A stretch of DNA of 64,000 nt from the human T2T-CHM13v2.0 reference genome, Homo sapiens (GCF_009914755.1 NC_060930.1), one strand, 5' to 3'; positions 1 through 15,223 are shown, counted from the first letter of the stretch. Notes: a model not told the origin generated them from the letters alone. Translations and numbers: made by a program.

Positions 1-1162
<1,162 letters not shown>

Positions 1163-1527
1163 TGTTATGAACTGAATGTTTGTGTCCCCCTAAATGTCCT
1201 ATGTTGAAGCTCTATCCCCCAGTATGATGGTATCTGGAGAAGGGGCCTTTGGGAGGTAATCAGATTTAGGTGAGGTCATGAGGGTGGAGCTCCTATGATG
1301 GGATTAGTGTCCTTATAAGATGAGGAAAAAAGACCACAGCTCTCTCAATCTCTATCATCTGAGGACAAAGGAAGATGGCAGCCATCTACAAGCCTGTAAA
1401 GGGACCTCACTAGGAGCTGAATCTACCAGTACCTTGACCTTGGACTTCCCAGCCTCCAGAACTACAAGAAATAAACATTGGTTGTTTAACCCAACCAATG
1501 GAAGGTATCACCCAGCTGATTAAGACA
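1163..1527 (+). mobile_element. MaLR solo LTR (MLT1A-like)
   Basis: TG...CA ends (tgttatgaactgaatgtttgtgtcccc ... taagaca), MLT1 core gatgggattagtgtccttataaga, near-TSD ctgaa/ctgta. Confidence 0.8.
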
Positions 1528-2400
1528 CTGTAGTACTCCTTGGTAAGGTGTAACATTTAGTGGCTTTTTAAAAGTCATACATTTGCTTAACAAAACTTGG
1601 TTTTGTCAAATTCCAGTATAACCTCCTATAGAAACAGTTTTCATCAAAGCTTATTTGTTTACTGATGAAATTGTTTAGAGAAACTTTTCTTTCACTACAT
1701 AATTAAAGAAGAGCTAGTCACATAACTAAAACAAACTGAAAACACAGGTCTCCCAAACGAAGAGAGGCAAAGCCTATGTAATCTTTCATTAGACCTGTTG
1801 GGCCACAACTTTGCACCTGGGGCCTTTTCATGCACAATATTCCACTTAAATACCAAGTTTTATGATGTTGGAGAGATGAAAGAAAAGACCATTCAGAAAA
1901 ACAAACTATATTTTAAAATCTCTGTACATTTTCTCCCTCTTAAGACTAATCTAAGCATTAAAAAAAAAGTTGCCAGCTGAACTTATTCCCATATTATACG
2001 CTTTTGAACAGAAACCTCTCAAATCACTGTTTAGAATTAGTTTCTAGGGGCAAAATCTGCAAGAGAAATCATATTCTTTTTTTAACTGAACAAAAATAAT
2101 CTGATGGAATTTGAAATCTAATAAATTATGCTACAATATAAAATATAACAATATAACATTTTATTGGAACCAAGAGTAATCACTGAATATTAAATTACAC
2201 ATGAACAAAATGAAAGATAGCTATAACATCTTCATCACAATCTGATTATGATTTTTTAAATGTATTAAAAAATTACATGTCTTTTGATGCCATGAAAATC
2301 TGAAAGGACTATTTAAAAAAATCATTATCATTAATATATTAAGCCTATGTGTAAGGCATGACATTAGATACAAGATACACACAAAAGCAATCATACGTTA

Positions 2401-2593
2401 TACAGTTTACACAGCCTGTTCCTTCACATACATATTTCATCTGACCCTCACCAAAATTCTATAGCATTATCTCCATTTTATATAAAAAGAACACATTCAG
2501 AAACTTGTCCAAGGTCACACAAGTAGTAATAGCTAGTGCTAAGCTGGAACCAAGGATTTCTGACTCCAAGCCTCATGTTTCTTCTACTAAACC
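2401..2593 (-). mobile_element. MIR SINE
   Basis: MIR core aacttgtccaaggtcacacaagtagtaa...tctgactccaagcc. Confidence 0.65.
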
Positions 2594-3011
2594 ATTTTTT
2601 CCCCCAAAATAGTCAGTCCCCTTTGCCCTCTAGCAGACTACTTTATCAAAGATAACATATAAATACCAAGAAAACTACCTTAAATTCTAAGTGCCAAACT
2701 AGATGGCATAGAGGAATAATAGATGGACCAACACTTCTTTCTTACTGAGAAGCAGCAAAGATTTGAACAGAGCCATAAAAGAAAGATGGAAAAGAGAGAA
2801 AGAGGTGGCATATGGAGAAGACAGAGGTGGAAATCACAAGGTATATTTAAGGACAATAGCATACACATTTTGTATTTATGGAGTTTTCATGTTGGAAGGA
2901 AATGAGGCAGCTAAGAAGGTAAACTGGACCCAAAACTATATACTGTATTTCACTGACTACTGTTTATTGAATGTATACTAAGTGCTGGGCATTGTAAGTA
3001 CTTAATACACA

Positions 3012-3554
3012 TGTAGAAAGTAGAAAAGCTCCTCTTCAAAGCTCATCTTGGTTTAAAAATAAAACAATAGACACTAGAAATAATAACTTCTTACTCTAAA
3101 GCCTCCTATCAACTATTAGTTCTTACACTTTAGCCCAGTTAGTTGCTTCGGCTTACTCAGGCATGCCTGGACAAGCCCAAGCAAGTCCTAGCTCATAGCT
3201 TATGCCCCTTCCTTATTTGGAAATGTTATTGCTTCCTTAAACCTTTCATAAGCAACTTCCTCTCCTTCTTTGTTCTCCCTTGCACTTACCTATTTAGGAA
3301 AGTTTTAGGTTATTAGCAAATCGGGTATCAGTTTAAAACTGTGAGGTCCAGCTCCAGCCAATGGATGCAGGATACGACAGTAAGGATGACCCAAATGCAT
3401 AAGGGATAAATATGTTGCTTTTCCTTTGTTCAAGTGTGCTCTCACCATTGTTCCATCTTCGAGGAGCGCCCTTTCTGCAGAAAGTAAAGACTGCGTTTCT
3501 GAGAGGTCCTCTGTCTCTATGCTGACTTTTCTTCATGGCACTGATTATCTAACA
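3012..3554 (+). mobile_element. ERV1 solo LTR, LTR10 family (LTR10B-like)
   Basis: Starts tgtagaaagtagaaaagctcctcttcaaag, ends tctaaca, 4-bp TSD caca (3008-3011 / 3555-3558), internal CCAAT, TATA-like gataaata and AGTAAA. Confidence 0.75.
3159..3188. promoter_or_regulatory. p53 response element: three contiguous perfect RRRCWWGYYY decamers
   Basis: AGGCATGCCT-GGACAAGCCC-AAGCAAGTCC with no spacers and no mismatches. Confidence 0.85.
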
Positions 3555-3589
3555 CACATCATCTCATTTTAAAAATACAATTACCCTGG

Positions 3590-4045
3590 CAATTGCTGGA
3601 ATTGTTTCCAAGTTTTGTGGAACTGTCCATTGTGAGTTTTGGAAGGATGCAGGGCTCCACCTCCCACTTCAGAAACCAAAGGGAGAGATGGGTTCTTCCT
3701 CTCCATAAACCCATGGTAGCCAGTGTAAAGGTACAAGAGCTAGACTCAGCAATCAGACACTCCCACATAGACCAGTGAATCCTGGGAAACAAAGAGTGGA
3801 TGTGATTAAATGAGCAGTCACAGTAGTAGTCTAGCAAGAGAAATTCAACAGCAGCTGTGGCATCTGGATCAGACTGTTTATACTTTCAAAACTCCCTTAC
3901 TTCCCACTTGTCTCCAAACCTGACTCTCTGTACGTCCCATCCATTTTGTGTGAGAGTTACCCAATCCTCCTTTAATACTTTCTTTCCTGTCTAAGCTAGC
4001 CAGAGCTGGTTACTGCTGCTGACAATAAAGCCTCAGCAAGCTAAG
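3590..4045 (+). mobile_element. Degenerate ERVL-type LTR (LTR33/LTR16-like)
   Basis: 3' end ctaagctagccagagctggttactgctgctgacaa resembles ERVL LTR termini; boundaries approximate. Confidence 0.4.
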
Positions 4046-4719
4046 TAACCGAGTGTTAAAATGTCCGGCAGGAAATAAGGAACTGAAGAGTTTTGAGGAG
4101 AACAACATAATCAAATATTTGCATATAAACAGATAGGAAATAGGACTTTCATTTCTTTCTGACTGCCCATCATGACGTAATCATTCATTCACCTAACATT
4201 TATGAATGCCTCTATGGTCCCAGCAATGAGGATTCAGCCTAGCACCTGACCTCCTGGAGTTCAGTATCTAACACAGAAAACAACATTAAAATAGAATGGA
4301 TATTTTTATTAAAAAAAAAAAAAAAGTATAGGTGGTATGGCAATACAAGCTAGTCTAGTAGTCAGCAAATTTCTCCATGAAAGCTGCCGAGTAGATGTTA
4401 TCTACAGGGAGAGAGTACAAAGAGAGACTACATCCCTGACTGGGGGCTTGGAACATGATATAGTTTCGATATTTGTCTCTCTTTGCTGCAGCATTTGCCA
4501 AATAACCTGTTTGTTAAATTTTCAGCACTCTCTAGATTACTCTTCAATAGGCAAATTTGTTTTGCCTTTAGATATGGATGGATATCACAGTTATACAAGT
4601 TTGATTTATAGTATATAATATTTTCCTTGGGTAATTTCAAGAACTCCTTCAGACCCATAATACCATTCAGATGACCAAAAAACTCTCAACAAACTGTGTT
4701 AAGATGTCTTGATGGTACT

Positions 4720-5500
4720 GACTGAGTTTCATTCACTCATTCAAACCTGAGTCCCTATTAGGTGCTAGGCACTGTCTACAGGATGAGAATACAAAATGGA
4801 AAAATACATTGTTCATGCTACAAAAGAATTTACAGACAAGTGGGATAGAAAGTCACATTTATGAATAATTACAGGATAATATAATTTTAAGGCAGGCTGT
4901 AAGCTAGTACTTCTGGAAACTGAGAGAAGCATATATACCAGGTGGAAAAAGGAGAATCAAGGAAGACTTTCCATGTTAATAGGAACTGCATTTGAAAATG
5001 TGATAGAATAAGAAAAGGAAGGTCATTTCAGGTAAACTATTAGCATGTCACATTCCAGAAACTATAGTAGTTTGCCATGACTAGAGCATAAGGTAGGGGA
5101 GTGGTAGGAGATGTGGCTAGAAAAGCAGAAAGTAGCCTATCATGAAGAAAATTACACTCTATGTAAAGGGGTTTGAACAGTATCCTGAATGCTAGACAGA
5201 AACAGCCATAAGAGAAATTTTAAATAAAAGAAGGAAACATTAAAACTAGCCTCTCAAAAAGAATCACTGTGGCACCAATGTGCAGAGAGATTAAAGAGAA
5301 TGCCAGACAGAATGCCACCACAATAATCCAGGTGAAAAATGTTGAGAACTTAAACTAATAAAGTGGCAGCAGGAATACAAAAGACAGATTCACAAAAGAA
5401 AGAGAAGGTAGAATCTACAGAACTTAGTGCCTAGAGATGGGATGAGGGCAAATACACTTAGGTTGATTTCCAGGGTTTCTGGCATGAAAAACCCTATGGA
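4720..5500 (-). mobile_element. L2 fragments
   Basis: ttcattcactcattcaaac...tattaggtgctaggcactgt L2 3' end and purine-rich L2 body; boundaries approximate. Confidence 0.55.
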
Positions 5501-5567
5501 TGGTGATGCCACTCTCTGTAAGGTTTACCACTGCTTTTCATGTCACTAAATCAAAAGTCAGTTCTCA

Positions 5568-5860
<293 letters not shown>

Positions 5861-5929
5861 TCAGTCCTGCTCTTCTGTGAACCATGAGCAACAACATTTG
5901 GCATGTTGTTTACAAGCTCTTCCTTTGAT

Positions 5930-7920
5930 TCCAGGGTACCAGTTTCCATGTTTTTGTCCTACCTCACTGGCTGCTCCTTTTCAGTCTCCTTTGCTAGTTC
6001 CTCCTTAGCTCCCCAGCCTCTAAACACTGGAGTGACTCAGGGATCTTCTTACTTTTCTTTGACCTATAAATCACTCTTATGATTTCATCCTATCTTAGGC
6101 CTTTATACACCATCTATGCTAATTAGGCCTTTATACATCATCTATGCTGATTAACCCTCAAAATATGTAACTCTAGTCTCAACCTTCCCCTTGAACTCTA
6201 TATTTGTTTGCCTACTCATTATTCCCAACTTGGATGTCTAATGGCATCTCATCCTAACAAGTCAAATATTGAACTATTTATTCTGCTTCCCCCACCACAT
6301 CCTCTTACTAGCATACTTAAAACCTCATTTTCCTACAATCTTCCCCATCTTGAAAAATGACAACTCCATCCTTCCAGCTACAAACCAAAATATCTTAGTC
6401 ATCTTTGATTCTTCACTTTTCTCTTACACCCCATATATCAATTGCATGAGAAAATTCTTTTAGCTCTACTTTCATAAATATATTCTATATCTAACTGCTT
6501 TTCACTGCAACCATTCTACTGTGACCACCATCATCTCCTGCTTGAATTACTTGCAATAGCCTCTTAACTGGTTTCCCTGTGTGATATTGTGATTTACAGT
6601 AAGAAATACATATTTAATCTTTGCTCCCAGTTTCCTGGTACAGAGCTCCTAAAAAAAACTCTTACAGTCTCTGAGTGATGAGTGTCTTTCATATGCTAAT
6701 GATACAATTGGTGGTTGGTGCCCCCTAAATAGCTTCAGGATGGAAGCTGGTCACTAGAAAGACCAAGGCATGAATAGACCTGTGGGAAGGGGAAAGGGAC
6801 TGAAGGTTGAGTCCCAGGAGGCAGAGTGACTGAAGACTGAGCTGATCACCAACGGTCAATTATTGAGTCAATCATGTGTACATAATGAAGCCTTCATGAA
6901 AACTCAAAAAGACAGGGTTCAGAGAGCTTCCAGATAGCTGAACACATGGAAGTGCCTGAAGTGTGGCACCCCAGTGAGCACATGGAAGCTCTGAACCCCT
7001 TCTCCAAACATCTCCTTTTACATCTCTTCCATCTGGTTTTTCATCTGTATCCTGTGTAATATCCTTTATAATAAACGGGTAAACGTAAATAAAGTGTTTA
7101 CCTGAGTTCTATGAGCCGCTCTAGCAAATAAAGCAAACTCAAGGAGGGCGTCATGGAAACACCAGTTTATAGCAATTTGGCCAGAAGTACAGGTCGCAGC
7201 CTGGGACTTACAATTGGCATCTAAAGTGAGAGGCAGTCTTGTGGGACTGAGCCCCTACCCTGTGGGATCTGATACTATCTCCTAGTAGATAGTGCCAGAA
7301 TTTAACGAAATTATAGGACACCCAATTGCTGTGTGCTGGAGAATCTGGTGTCAGAACTGGATGGTGTGTAGGGAAAAATTTCCACACATGTGGTGTCAGA
7401 AGTGTTGAGTGGTGTGCGAGACTAGGAAATATGCTTTGGCTTTTTCCTGTCAGAAATACCCTGCTTTACTCTTATTTACCAGGCAATATTCTCCATGTCA
7501 AGGCCAGAGTGATTCTTTTTAAACATAAGTGAAATAATAACACCTATCTGTGCAAAACTTTTCAATAGCTTCTCACTAAACTGAGCGGAGAAGCCAAAGT
7601 TCTTATAGTGCTTCATGTGATATTCCTCCTAATACTTCCCAATACCCTCATCTTCTACCATTCTTCCCCCTCTACTTCAGCCATATTGGCCTCTTTGTTG
7701 TTCCTCAAACACCTAACTAAGCACATTCCTCAGGACCTATGCTCTTACTATTTCTTCTGCCTGGAACATTCTTCCCTCACATATCAATATGGTTCACTCT
7801 CTTCCCTCTTTTGGTTCTTTATTCAAATGCCATTTTACTGAGGCTTCCCCTGGCTACCCTATTTAAAATTATAAACCATCAACCCTTCCTTCATTCTTCT
7901 TCATAGGATTTTTTACCATT
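5930..7920 (+). mobile_element. L2 element interrupted by the MER21 LTR
   Basis: Pyrimidine-rich L2 text (cttggatgtctaatggcatctca, tgcaatagcctcttaactggtttccctg, gcctggaacattcttccc) resumes after the LTR. Confidence 0.6.
6580..7458 (+). mobile_element. MER21-family LTR
   Basis: tgtgatattgtgattt...aagaaatacatattt start, agcttcaggatgg..ctggtcactagaaagaccaaggcatga, gtcttgtgggactgagccc; ccctg at both junctions. Confidence 0.75.
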
Positions 7921-8280
7921 TAACATACTTCAAATGCAGCAAATTAAGGAGTTAAAGGGAGATGGGAATGGACATTGGCAATAAGCACGGACCCTTCTTT
8001 TTAAACAGATTGTGTGGAAAGAGAATACAGGAAACTACAGGAAACTAAACAAGAGGTCAGATGGCTAAAGTATGAATCCCACCTTTGTGACTAAGCAGAA
8101 GACTTAATCTCAGATTCAATGTCCTCATCCAAAAAAAAAAAAAAAAAAAAATGGAGAGAATAATGTTACCCTTGTTAAGTGTCACTGTATCAACTAACAT
8201 GATGTATGTAAAACTCTTAGCAGAGTATACTCTCAAAAAATGTTAGTCATTATTAATAGTTTTATTATGAAATACAATTA

Positions 8281-8427
8281 AGCCAGACACAGTGGCTTGC
8301 GCCTGTAATCCCAGCTACTCGGGAGGCCGAGGCAAGAAGATCACTTGAGCCCAGGAGTTTGAGGCTACAGTGAGCTATGAACATTGCCACTGCACTCTAG
8401 CCTGGGCAACGGCAAGGCCCCATCTCT
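8281..8427 (+). mobile_element. Alu monomer (FAM/FRAM-like)
   Basis: Single Alu monomer with old diagnostic gagtttgaggctacagtgagctatga. Confidence 0.75.
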
Positions 8428-8442
8428 ATTTTTTTTAAAAAA

Positions 8443-8760
8443 AGGCCAGGTGCGGTGGCTAACAATGCTTGTAATCCCAACACTCTGGGAGGACATGGCA
8501 AGAGGACTGCTTGAGGCCAGGAGGTCAAGAGCAGCCTGGGCAACCAAGCGAGACCCCCATCTCTAGCAAAAATTTAAAAATTGGCCAGTCCTGGTGGCAT
8601 GCACCTATAGTCCTAGTTACTCAAGAGGCTGAGGTGGAAGGGTTGCTTGAGCCTAGGAGTTTTGAGTTTGCAGTGCGCTACGACTGTACCACTGCAATGA
8701 AGCCCAGGCAACAGAGCAAGACCTTGTTTCTAAAAAAGAAAAATAAAATAAAAATAAAAG
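8443..8760 (+). mobile_element. AluJ
   Basis: Diverged dimeric Alu with A-rich tail. Confidence 0.8.
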
Positions 8761-9099
8761 GATATTTTTGTTTTTTAAGGAGAAACCAAAACACATTTAT
8801 ATGCTGAACAGAGATGGAAAAAAGAGGTTGAAGAAAACAAGAGGAAGATGGTGATATTCAATACTCCTATAACTTTTTTTTTAAGTATCAGCAAAGCCAC
8901 ATACCTAACTCACTTTTCACATGAAAAAACATTAATGAGTTTCACTATGAAATCAAGTTGGATTCAATATTATTATAATCAATATAAAAATGCAAACATT
9001 AATTCCAGCGTCTAAACTACTACTCTCACGTCTATATGAGATCTAGCTCTCATCCTGATGACATACCATTTCACCACCAGATAAATCTTCCTCTAACCC

Positions 9100-9545
9100 T
9101 GTGTTGCAGAGACTGCTAATAGCAACCCCTCGCCTCAATTTCTATTCTATCTTTTTTTCACAATACAAAACTCTCACTTACTGAGAACCTTGTTATCAGA
9201 ATGAAAACATTTTCCAGCCTCCCTTGTAGCTTGTGTGGCCTTGTTACTAAGTGGAGGTGGTACATGACAGTTTTCAAGAACCTTCTTTAAAAGGCCTTTA
9301 TCTCTTTGTTCATCCCTTCTTCCACATTGCTACCGTGAAAAGGCAGTTAGAACCCTAGCTTCCATGCCGAACTGTAAGCATGAGAGCCAGTTCCTAAGAA
9401 TGGCTGGGCAGTAAATGATTAGATCAAGTGAAGACTCAGTAAAACAGAACCTCCATGACAGCTTCACACTATGTTCCTAAGCCATTTTACATGAGACTGA
9501 AAATCATAATTACTCATTGCTCAACCCACTCCTAACTGATAGTGT
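9100..9545 (+). mobile_element. Degenerate ERVL-type LTR (LTR33/LTR16-like)
   Basis: ttccagcctcccttgtagcttgtgtggccttgttactaagt motif; ends cctaactgata. Confidence 0.45.
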
Positions 9546-11129
9546 AGCAATCATGTCACTTCCCTCGTTTAATATATTCATTATCAAATACTCAAGACTA
9601 TCCACAATCTAGCACCAGCTAATTTGCTCTTACTCCTATTTTATCTATACACTTTTTGATTTCCTGCCACTAGATCGTTGTTCATATTAATCACCTTTCT
9701 TGGAATGCATCCAAACCTCCCCTAAAGAAGTGCTATTTATCAAGTACCAGCTCAAAGCCCACTTCCTACACAGTGTTCCATGGTCATTAGAAATAGATGT
9801 GATTGCATCCTCCTTTGAACTACCAAAGGATATTCTTGCCTGTGCCACTCACCTAGCAATGCTTAGTTTTCTTGTTATTGTGTCTCATCTTCCCCAAAAG
9901 ATGCCAAGCTCCTTAAGAAGGTCCTCTGCTCCAAAAAGGTGTGTGGGGGGGTGGGCAGGGAGGGAAGTCCTGTGCCCAAACTTTCCCTATCTCCCACTAT
10001 TCCCAGAGATGCACTTTGAAGAAAATGTATGAAGACAATGTCCAATGTTGATTAAAATCCTTTATAAATTTAACTCAGCTTATGAGTTTTCACCATCAAA
10101 TAAAACCACAACACCCTTTATCAGCTAAAATTCAAGGGTAGCCAGACATAATGTCCAGACCTTAATAAAACCTTATGGGCCTAACAATCCTTTATTTTTT
10201 GAATAAAGTTGTTACCATGGGTTGTAACAACTTTATTCAAAAAATAAAGTTCACACTAAAGCACATAGTTCCTATCTTTAGAAACAAAAGAGGCTACCAA
10301 GTGGAAGACAAGCTACAGTTCTCTCATTTTGAAAAATTAATGCTTACTAACGTCAAGAGCATACAAGGCACAGTGCAAACTACAATGATAGTCTGGAGAC
10401 TTGCCCATTAGCTAAAATCCAAGACAAAGAACCAGAGGCAAAATAGAACAGATGTAGATGAGCAGATAGGAGATATCACATTCTCAGCTTTGTTTTGCTA
10501 CCACTGTAATTGTTCACCTAAGTCAAACTGGCATTTCTTCTTGGTAATTCTAAAAATACATTATATTTCTAAGAAACAGACTCAGAATTTAATGCAGTGG
10601 GAAAGGAGGAATTTGAAAGATGCGCATTTTTTACACTATATAGGAAAACGACTGGAAAACTTCCATTTTGAATGTAAATTTGTCAAAAAGGAAATCAACA
10701 TAAGACCTAAACAGGTCATTCAACAAAATGCTGAGTAATAAGGTAAATCATTTTAAGTATTAATCAAATTAAGTTAAAAATCATATTTTAAGTACTCCCC
10801 CTTGAACTGATTATTCCACACTAAATGATTTATCTGAAGTCTTTTCGAGAGACCTTAATGAAGACAAAAGGTAAGTAAAACTTTCAAAAGCAACTTTCTT
10901 TAGGCTGCCTGATTGTCTGTGACAAAGAAATGAAGAATGATGTTCCTAAGCCAATATTAATGGTAAATTTTATATCTACTAAATCTGTACAAAGACAGAA
11001 CCTAAGCAATTGCCAGGGATCATTACACCTATCTTGAACAATTATTGAGGACTAGAACATGTAAATTAAACACAGCTATTTGTGTAGCAAATGCTAACTT
11101 TGCTGGTATGATTCATTAAAACTCTAAGT

Positions 11130-11490
11130 CATGGGCAGGCAATTTTTTTCTGTAAGAGGCCAGAAAGTAAATACTTCAGGCTTTGTGGACCCAGAAGCAT
11201 GGTCCAAGATATTAGGTATGTAGGTTCTTATGTAACAAGAGAGAAAACAAATTTGCAACAATTTTTATTGATAAAATTCAAAATGCAACAATAATATGTA
11301 CAATTTTTTGGTAATATAGGTCTACTAATACTAATGAGAAGAATGGAAATTTTGGAGGAGACATTTCTCATAATTGGGATTCAAAGTTAGTGCTCTCCTA
11401 TCATCAAATCGATTACAAATGTTCATCTGTTAAATGTTCCTGGGCCACGCAAAACATTCCAGCTGGCCATATTTACTTTCGCATTCCTTG
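11130..11490. mobile_element. hAT-Charlie non-autonomous DNA transposon (MER58-type)
   Basis: Perfect 8-bp TSD ctctaagt (11122-11129 / 11491-11498); ttttttctgtaagaggccagaaagtaaatacttcaggctttgtgg MER58 signature. Confidence 0.75.
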
Positions 11491-13559
11491 CTCTAAGTAC
11501 TAACATTACTTGAGAAACAAGTTAAAACACCACAAACCTTAATTTCCAAAAGTCAGCTTCTAAGTAACTAAAATCAACTTGAATATTAAAACCTTAAACT
11601 TTTTAACATAAAAGTGCCTAATCTTTAACGATAATTTATACAAAGCAACTTATTCTTCCCTGACTCTTAGCTAAAGCCTAAGTATAACAAAGATTGCTAA
11701 ATACAGATGAGAAATTTAATCTCCTTAAAAATCTTATAATCTAATAATTCAATTTAGGAGTAAAAACATACATAAAAATTTTTATCAGAAACTAGGACAA
11801 CAGAAAATAATCAGGATTAAATAATCGAGGGCAGTAAATAAAATAAGGTGAAGAAGAAAGTTGAGAGTTTATCAAACGTGGGGAATGGGGAGCTAATTCA
11901 CTAAGATCTCATGAAAATGTACCTTAAATGTTTTTGGCAACACTAACTTGAAGTAAATGTTTAGTTTTTAAACTTAGTCTGAATAACAACCTAATCTGAC
12001 TTAAACCATAAATTTAAAACTATGTAACTTCACACTGATACTTTTACAAAAGTTAAGAATAACCTCACTATATTTTTCAAGTAACCTCTGTATCTCAGTC
12101 TCACCAACAAGGGTCCTAGACTAGAAAATCAGTGCCCTTTGAAAGATGTGCCTGACTCACAATTGCCAAATTAAAGGAAATCTTCATTCCCTGCTCCTGA
12201 TAATAAATGAAGATATTAAATATTTAAAATATTTTCTCGTGAATGATAAAGCAATTATGATTTTCTATTAGCCTCATTTTATTTAGATTATTGAAAATCT
12301 AAAAACCAACTAAACAAGATACATAAACCTAAAAAGTAGAGGAAATCTGCTACCAAATGTAAGCATTAAAATGTGAAAATATCTTTTTTTTCCAGGGGTG
12401 TCCAAGACACTTTTCAAAAGTAGTAATTTTTAATGTAACATTTCTGCGGGAATGAGAAAAATCCAGTGATTTTATACTTGAAAAAGTTTGGATTTTTGAT
12501 TTTGGCACTTTAAGCTATATTAAAAAAGCATTTGGATTTGACAAGCCTCCTTTGCCCTAGTAATCTGAACTAAAATAGCAATGAAGGTTTTTTAAATAAA
12601 AAATAAAGTGTGAGTAACTTACAGTATGAAAGTGAATGTTGGTAAGAACTTCTCATTACCCATTTACAACTAGTGGGTAACAAAGGGTAGAGAACAAGCA
12701 GGAAACAAGTATGTGTGTTTGGGGAATTTCCAGACACAATTCAGAAGCATTTCTCTATACATTTAGCATCCAAACTTTAAAAATATATATGTGGATTCTG
12801 TCTGCACAACTGTATGTCAGTGTCAGTAAAAAATTCCCAATTATTCTTAATTTTCATTTCCTCCTGTTTCAAAGGCAATACAATTTAAACACATCCTGCT
12901 TTTTTAAAATCACATTTGAATTGGAAATCATAGAATTTTAGAGTTGAACAACCTCTTAGACGCAGTCTAATCTGAATCTTTTGGCTCTTCAAGTAAAGAA
13001 ATTGGACTCAAAATTATACCTAAGATCACAAAGTACAGAGTGACAGAGCTGGGATTTCAACCTTAATTCCCTGACTCTTCAGTGCCCTTTTAACCAGGCT
13101 AAGCTGCAGCAGATTCTTCAGGCAACTTGAAATCAGAATTACACATGAGAGCCATTTGAAAAATTTCTATTTCGTCTACTACTTAGCGTGAAGAACCTTA
13201 TTTTACTCCAAAACCCAAAGATTTTAAGAAAAGTTAAATATTTATTTTTATACTATAGTAAATACTAATGGAAGCTGAGTTCTGAAAATACTAATTTATA
13301 TACAATTCCAAATTATTGCTATTTTCATCTTATTATCTTAAGAAGTTTAAATAAAATCATTCAAATTTCTGATGTTAAATTATTTTCTTCTACTTTACTA
13401 ACATTGCAGTAAAAGGATCTTAGTGTAGGGTGAAAGCTTAAAGCTGGGAATCAAGACACCTGAGTTTCTGTCTCATTTTTTACAATACTCTCAACTAGTT
13501 TACTGTCAAATCTCAACCTCTCTATTTCTCTTCTCCTGATTAAGGATCAGGAGACAGAT

Positions 13560-13765
13560 CCCTAGTGCCAGACATCTTATTTATATTGCTTCTAATTCTC
13601 ACACCTTAGAAGATATGAATGATTCTACCTATTTTGCAGGAAACTGAAGCTCAGAGAGATTACGGAAATTTTCCAAGAAACTGAGCTGGTTAGTAGCTGA
13701 GCTGGAATTTAAAACCAGCTCTGCCTGACCCCAGCCAATGCCCATGTTCCTTGCATGACACCGCT
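13560..13765 (-). mobile_element. MIR SINE
   Basis: cctattttgcaggaaactgaagctcagagagatt...gagctggaatttaaaaccag. Confidence 0.65.
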
Positions 13766-14131
13766 TTGCCCATATCCTAATATAATGTGGGATCCCAGTA
13801 TGGTTAGAACAAGTACTACATTTGCAGGACTATTAGGGAGATTAAGGTGATAAAACAAACTAAAATACATGCTGAAAAAAAATACTGTAACTCTCTAGTT
13901 ATTAAATTGAGAATGAATTTTTAGTAAAAAACTTTAAAACTAGTTATTCTATAGATACTATTCTTATTACTGTCATCAACACTGAAGTAAGCACTGTAGA
14001 ATTACAAAATACATCAATCTTGCTTTTAGAGATAACACTGCAAATTAAACTGGAACCCCATCCCTATTTCAGTAGTTAAAAATAAAATTACTCTCAAAGT
14101 CCCATTAAATCACAAAGTATATTTATTAAAA

Positions 14132-14158
14132 TGTGTGTGTGTGTGTGTGTGTGTGTGT
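14132..14158 (+). repeat. (TG)13 microsatellite
   Basis: Direct reading. Confidence 0.95.
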
Positions 14159-15223
14159 ATAAACAGAACAGAAGGAATCAAGAGAACTTGGTACTAGTTC
14201 CTGCCCTTTCAAATAGATTTAGAAAAAAAAAAATTCTCAGATATGCAAGAAAAGATGAGAGATGCTTAATACTGGACACCTATAGAGTATATATTAATAC
14301 AGTGTACTGTCAACCGTCTTCGCCCCTGCAGATAAAGATACTGTGCTTTCGACAAAGAAATGTTTCCCCAAGTTTTCCTGTCATGTCTTACACATTCAGC
14401 AAAGTTAATATCAGTAAAATGTTTGGTAGACAGTGCACAACTTACTCCCTGAGTGTGGTCACTGGCTCTTTTTGTAAAAAAAAAAAACAAAACAAAACAA
14501 GACAAAACAAAAACCCAGCAAAGGTAGGGCACATTAATAAACGTAGCCTAAAAGCAAAACCAGAATTGAAGTTTCAGGTTATCTTTTATGTACATCTTGC
14601 CCTACAACTAAAAATATCGAATTAGCTCAAAATGAAAAGTACTATGCACATTTGTCATAAGTCCTCATATGTGACCTGATAACATGCGACAGCTTCTTTA
14701 CATTAGAATCGTCAATACCTCTACGACTCTGGTTCTTCTCCCAACAATGGCCAAGGTGTCCATCTCTGTGTCTTGGGATACTTCCCACAAAGGTAATGGC
14801 ACTTTGACCCTGTCAATTCACTCAGGGTTACATCTACCTAGTTACAATTGCCCCCCGCCCCCACTTCTCTTTTTACCTCCGTGAACAACCCCCACTAATC
14901 CCCCACGGAACCACACAAACCGCCCACTGAAGAAGCGTTCTCCACCTGACCTATCTTCTGCATTAAACATTCATTCCGTCTCAGCTCATTCCGTGGATTT
15001 GCTCTTTCGTAAATCTCGAGCAAGACAAAGCTAGGACAAACCTGCAAATTCAGGAAACCCGCAGAAAGAGAAAGAAAAAACAGAGAAACAGAGGGAAGGG
15101 GGTGGTGGACGGCGCGAGGTCAGCCAGTCAACTGGATTCTGGGCGCTGGGAAAGAAGTGGAGTGGGCGCGTAGGACCCTCCTCCCGAGCAACGCCAACTC
15201 CCACCACAGCTCCCTCCCCTCAC

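Noticed and set aside
14131-14625. 164-aa plus-strand ORF
   Set aside because: Starts in a TG repeat, crosses A-runs, and has no recognisable domain.
15128-15223. C-terminal part of the 223-aa TMEM30A ORF
   Set aside because: Read-through past the GT donor into intron 1.
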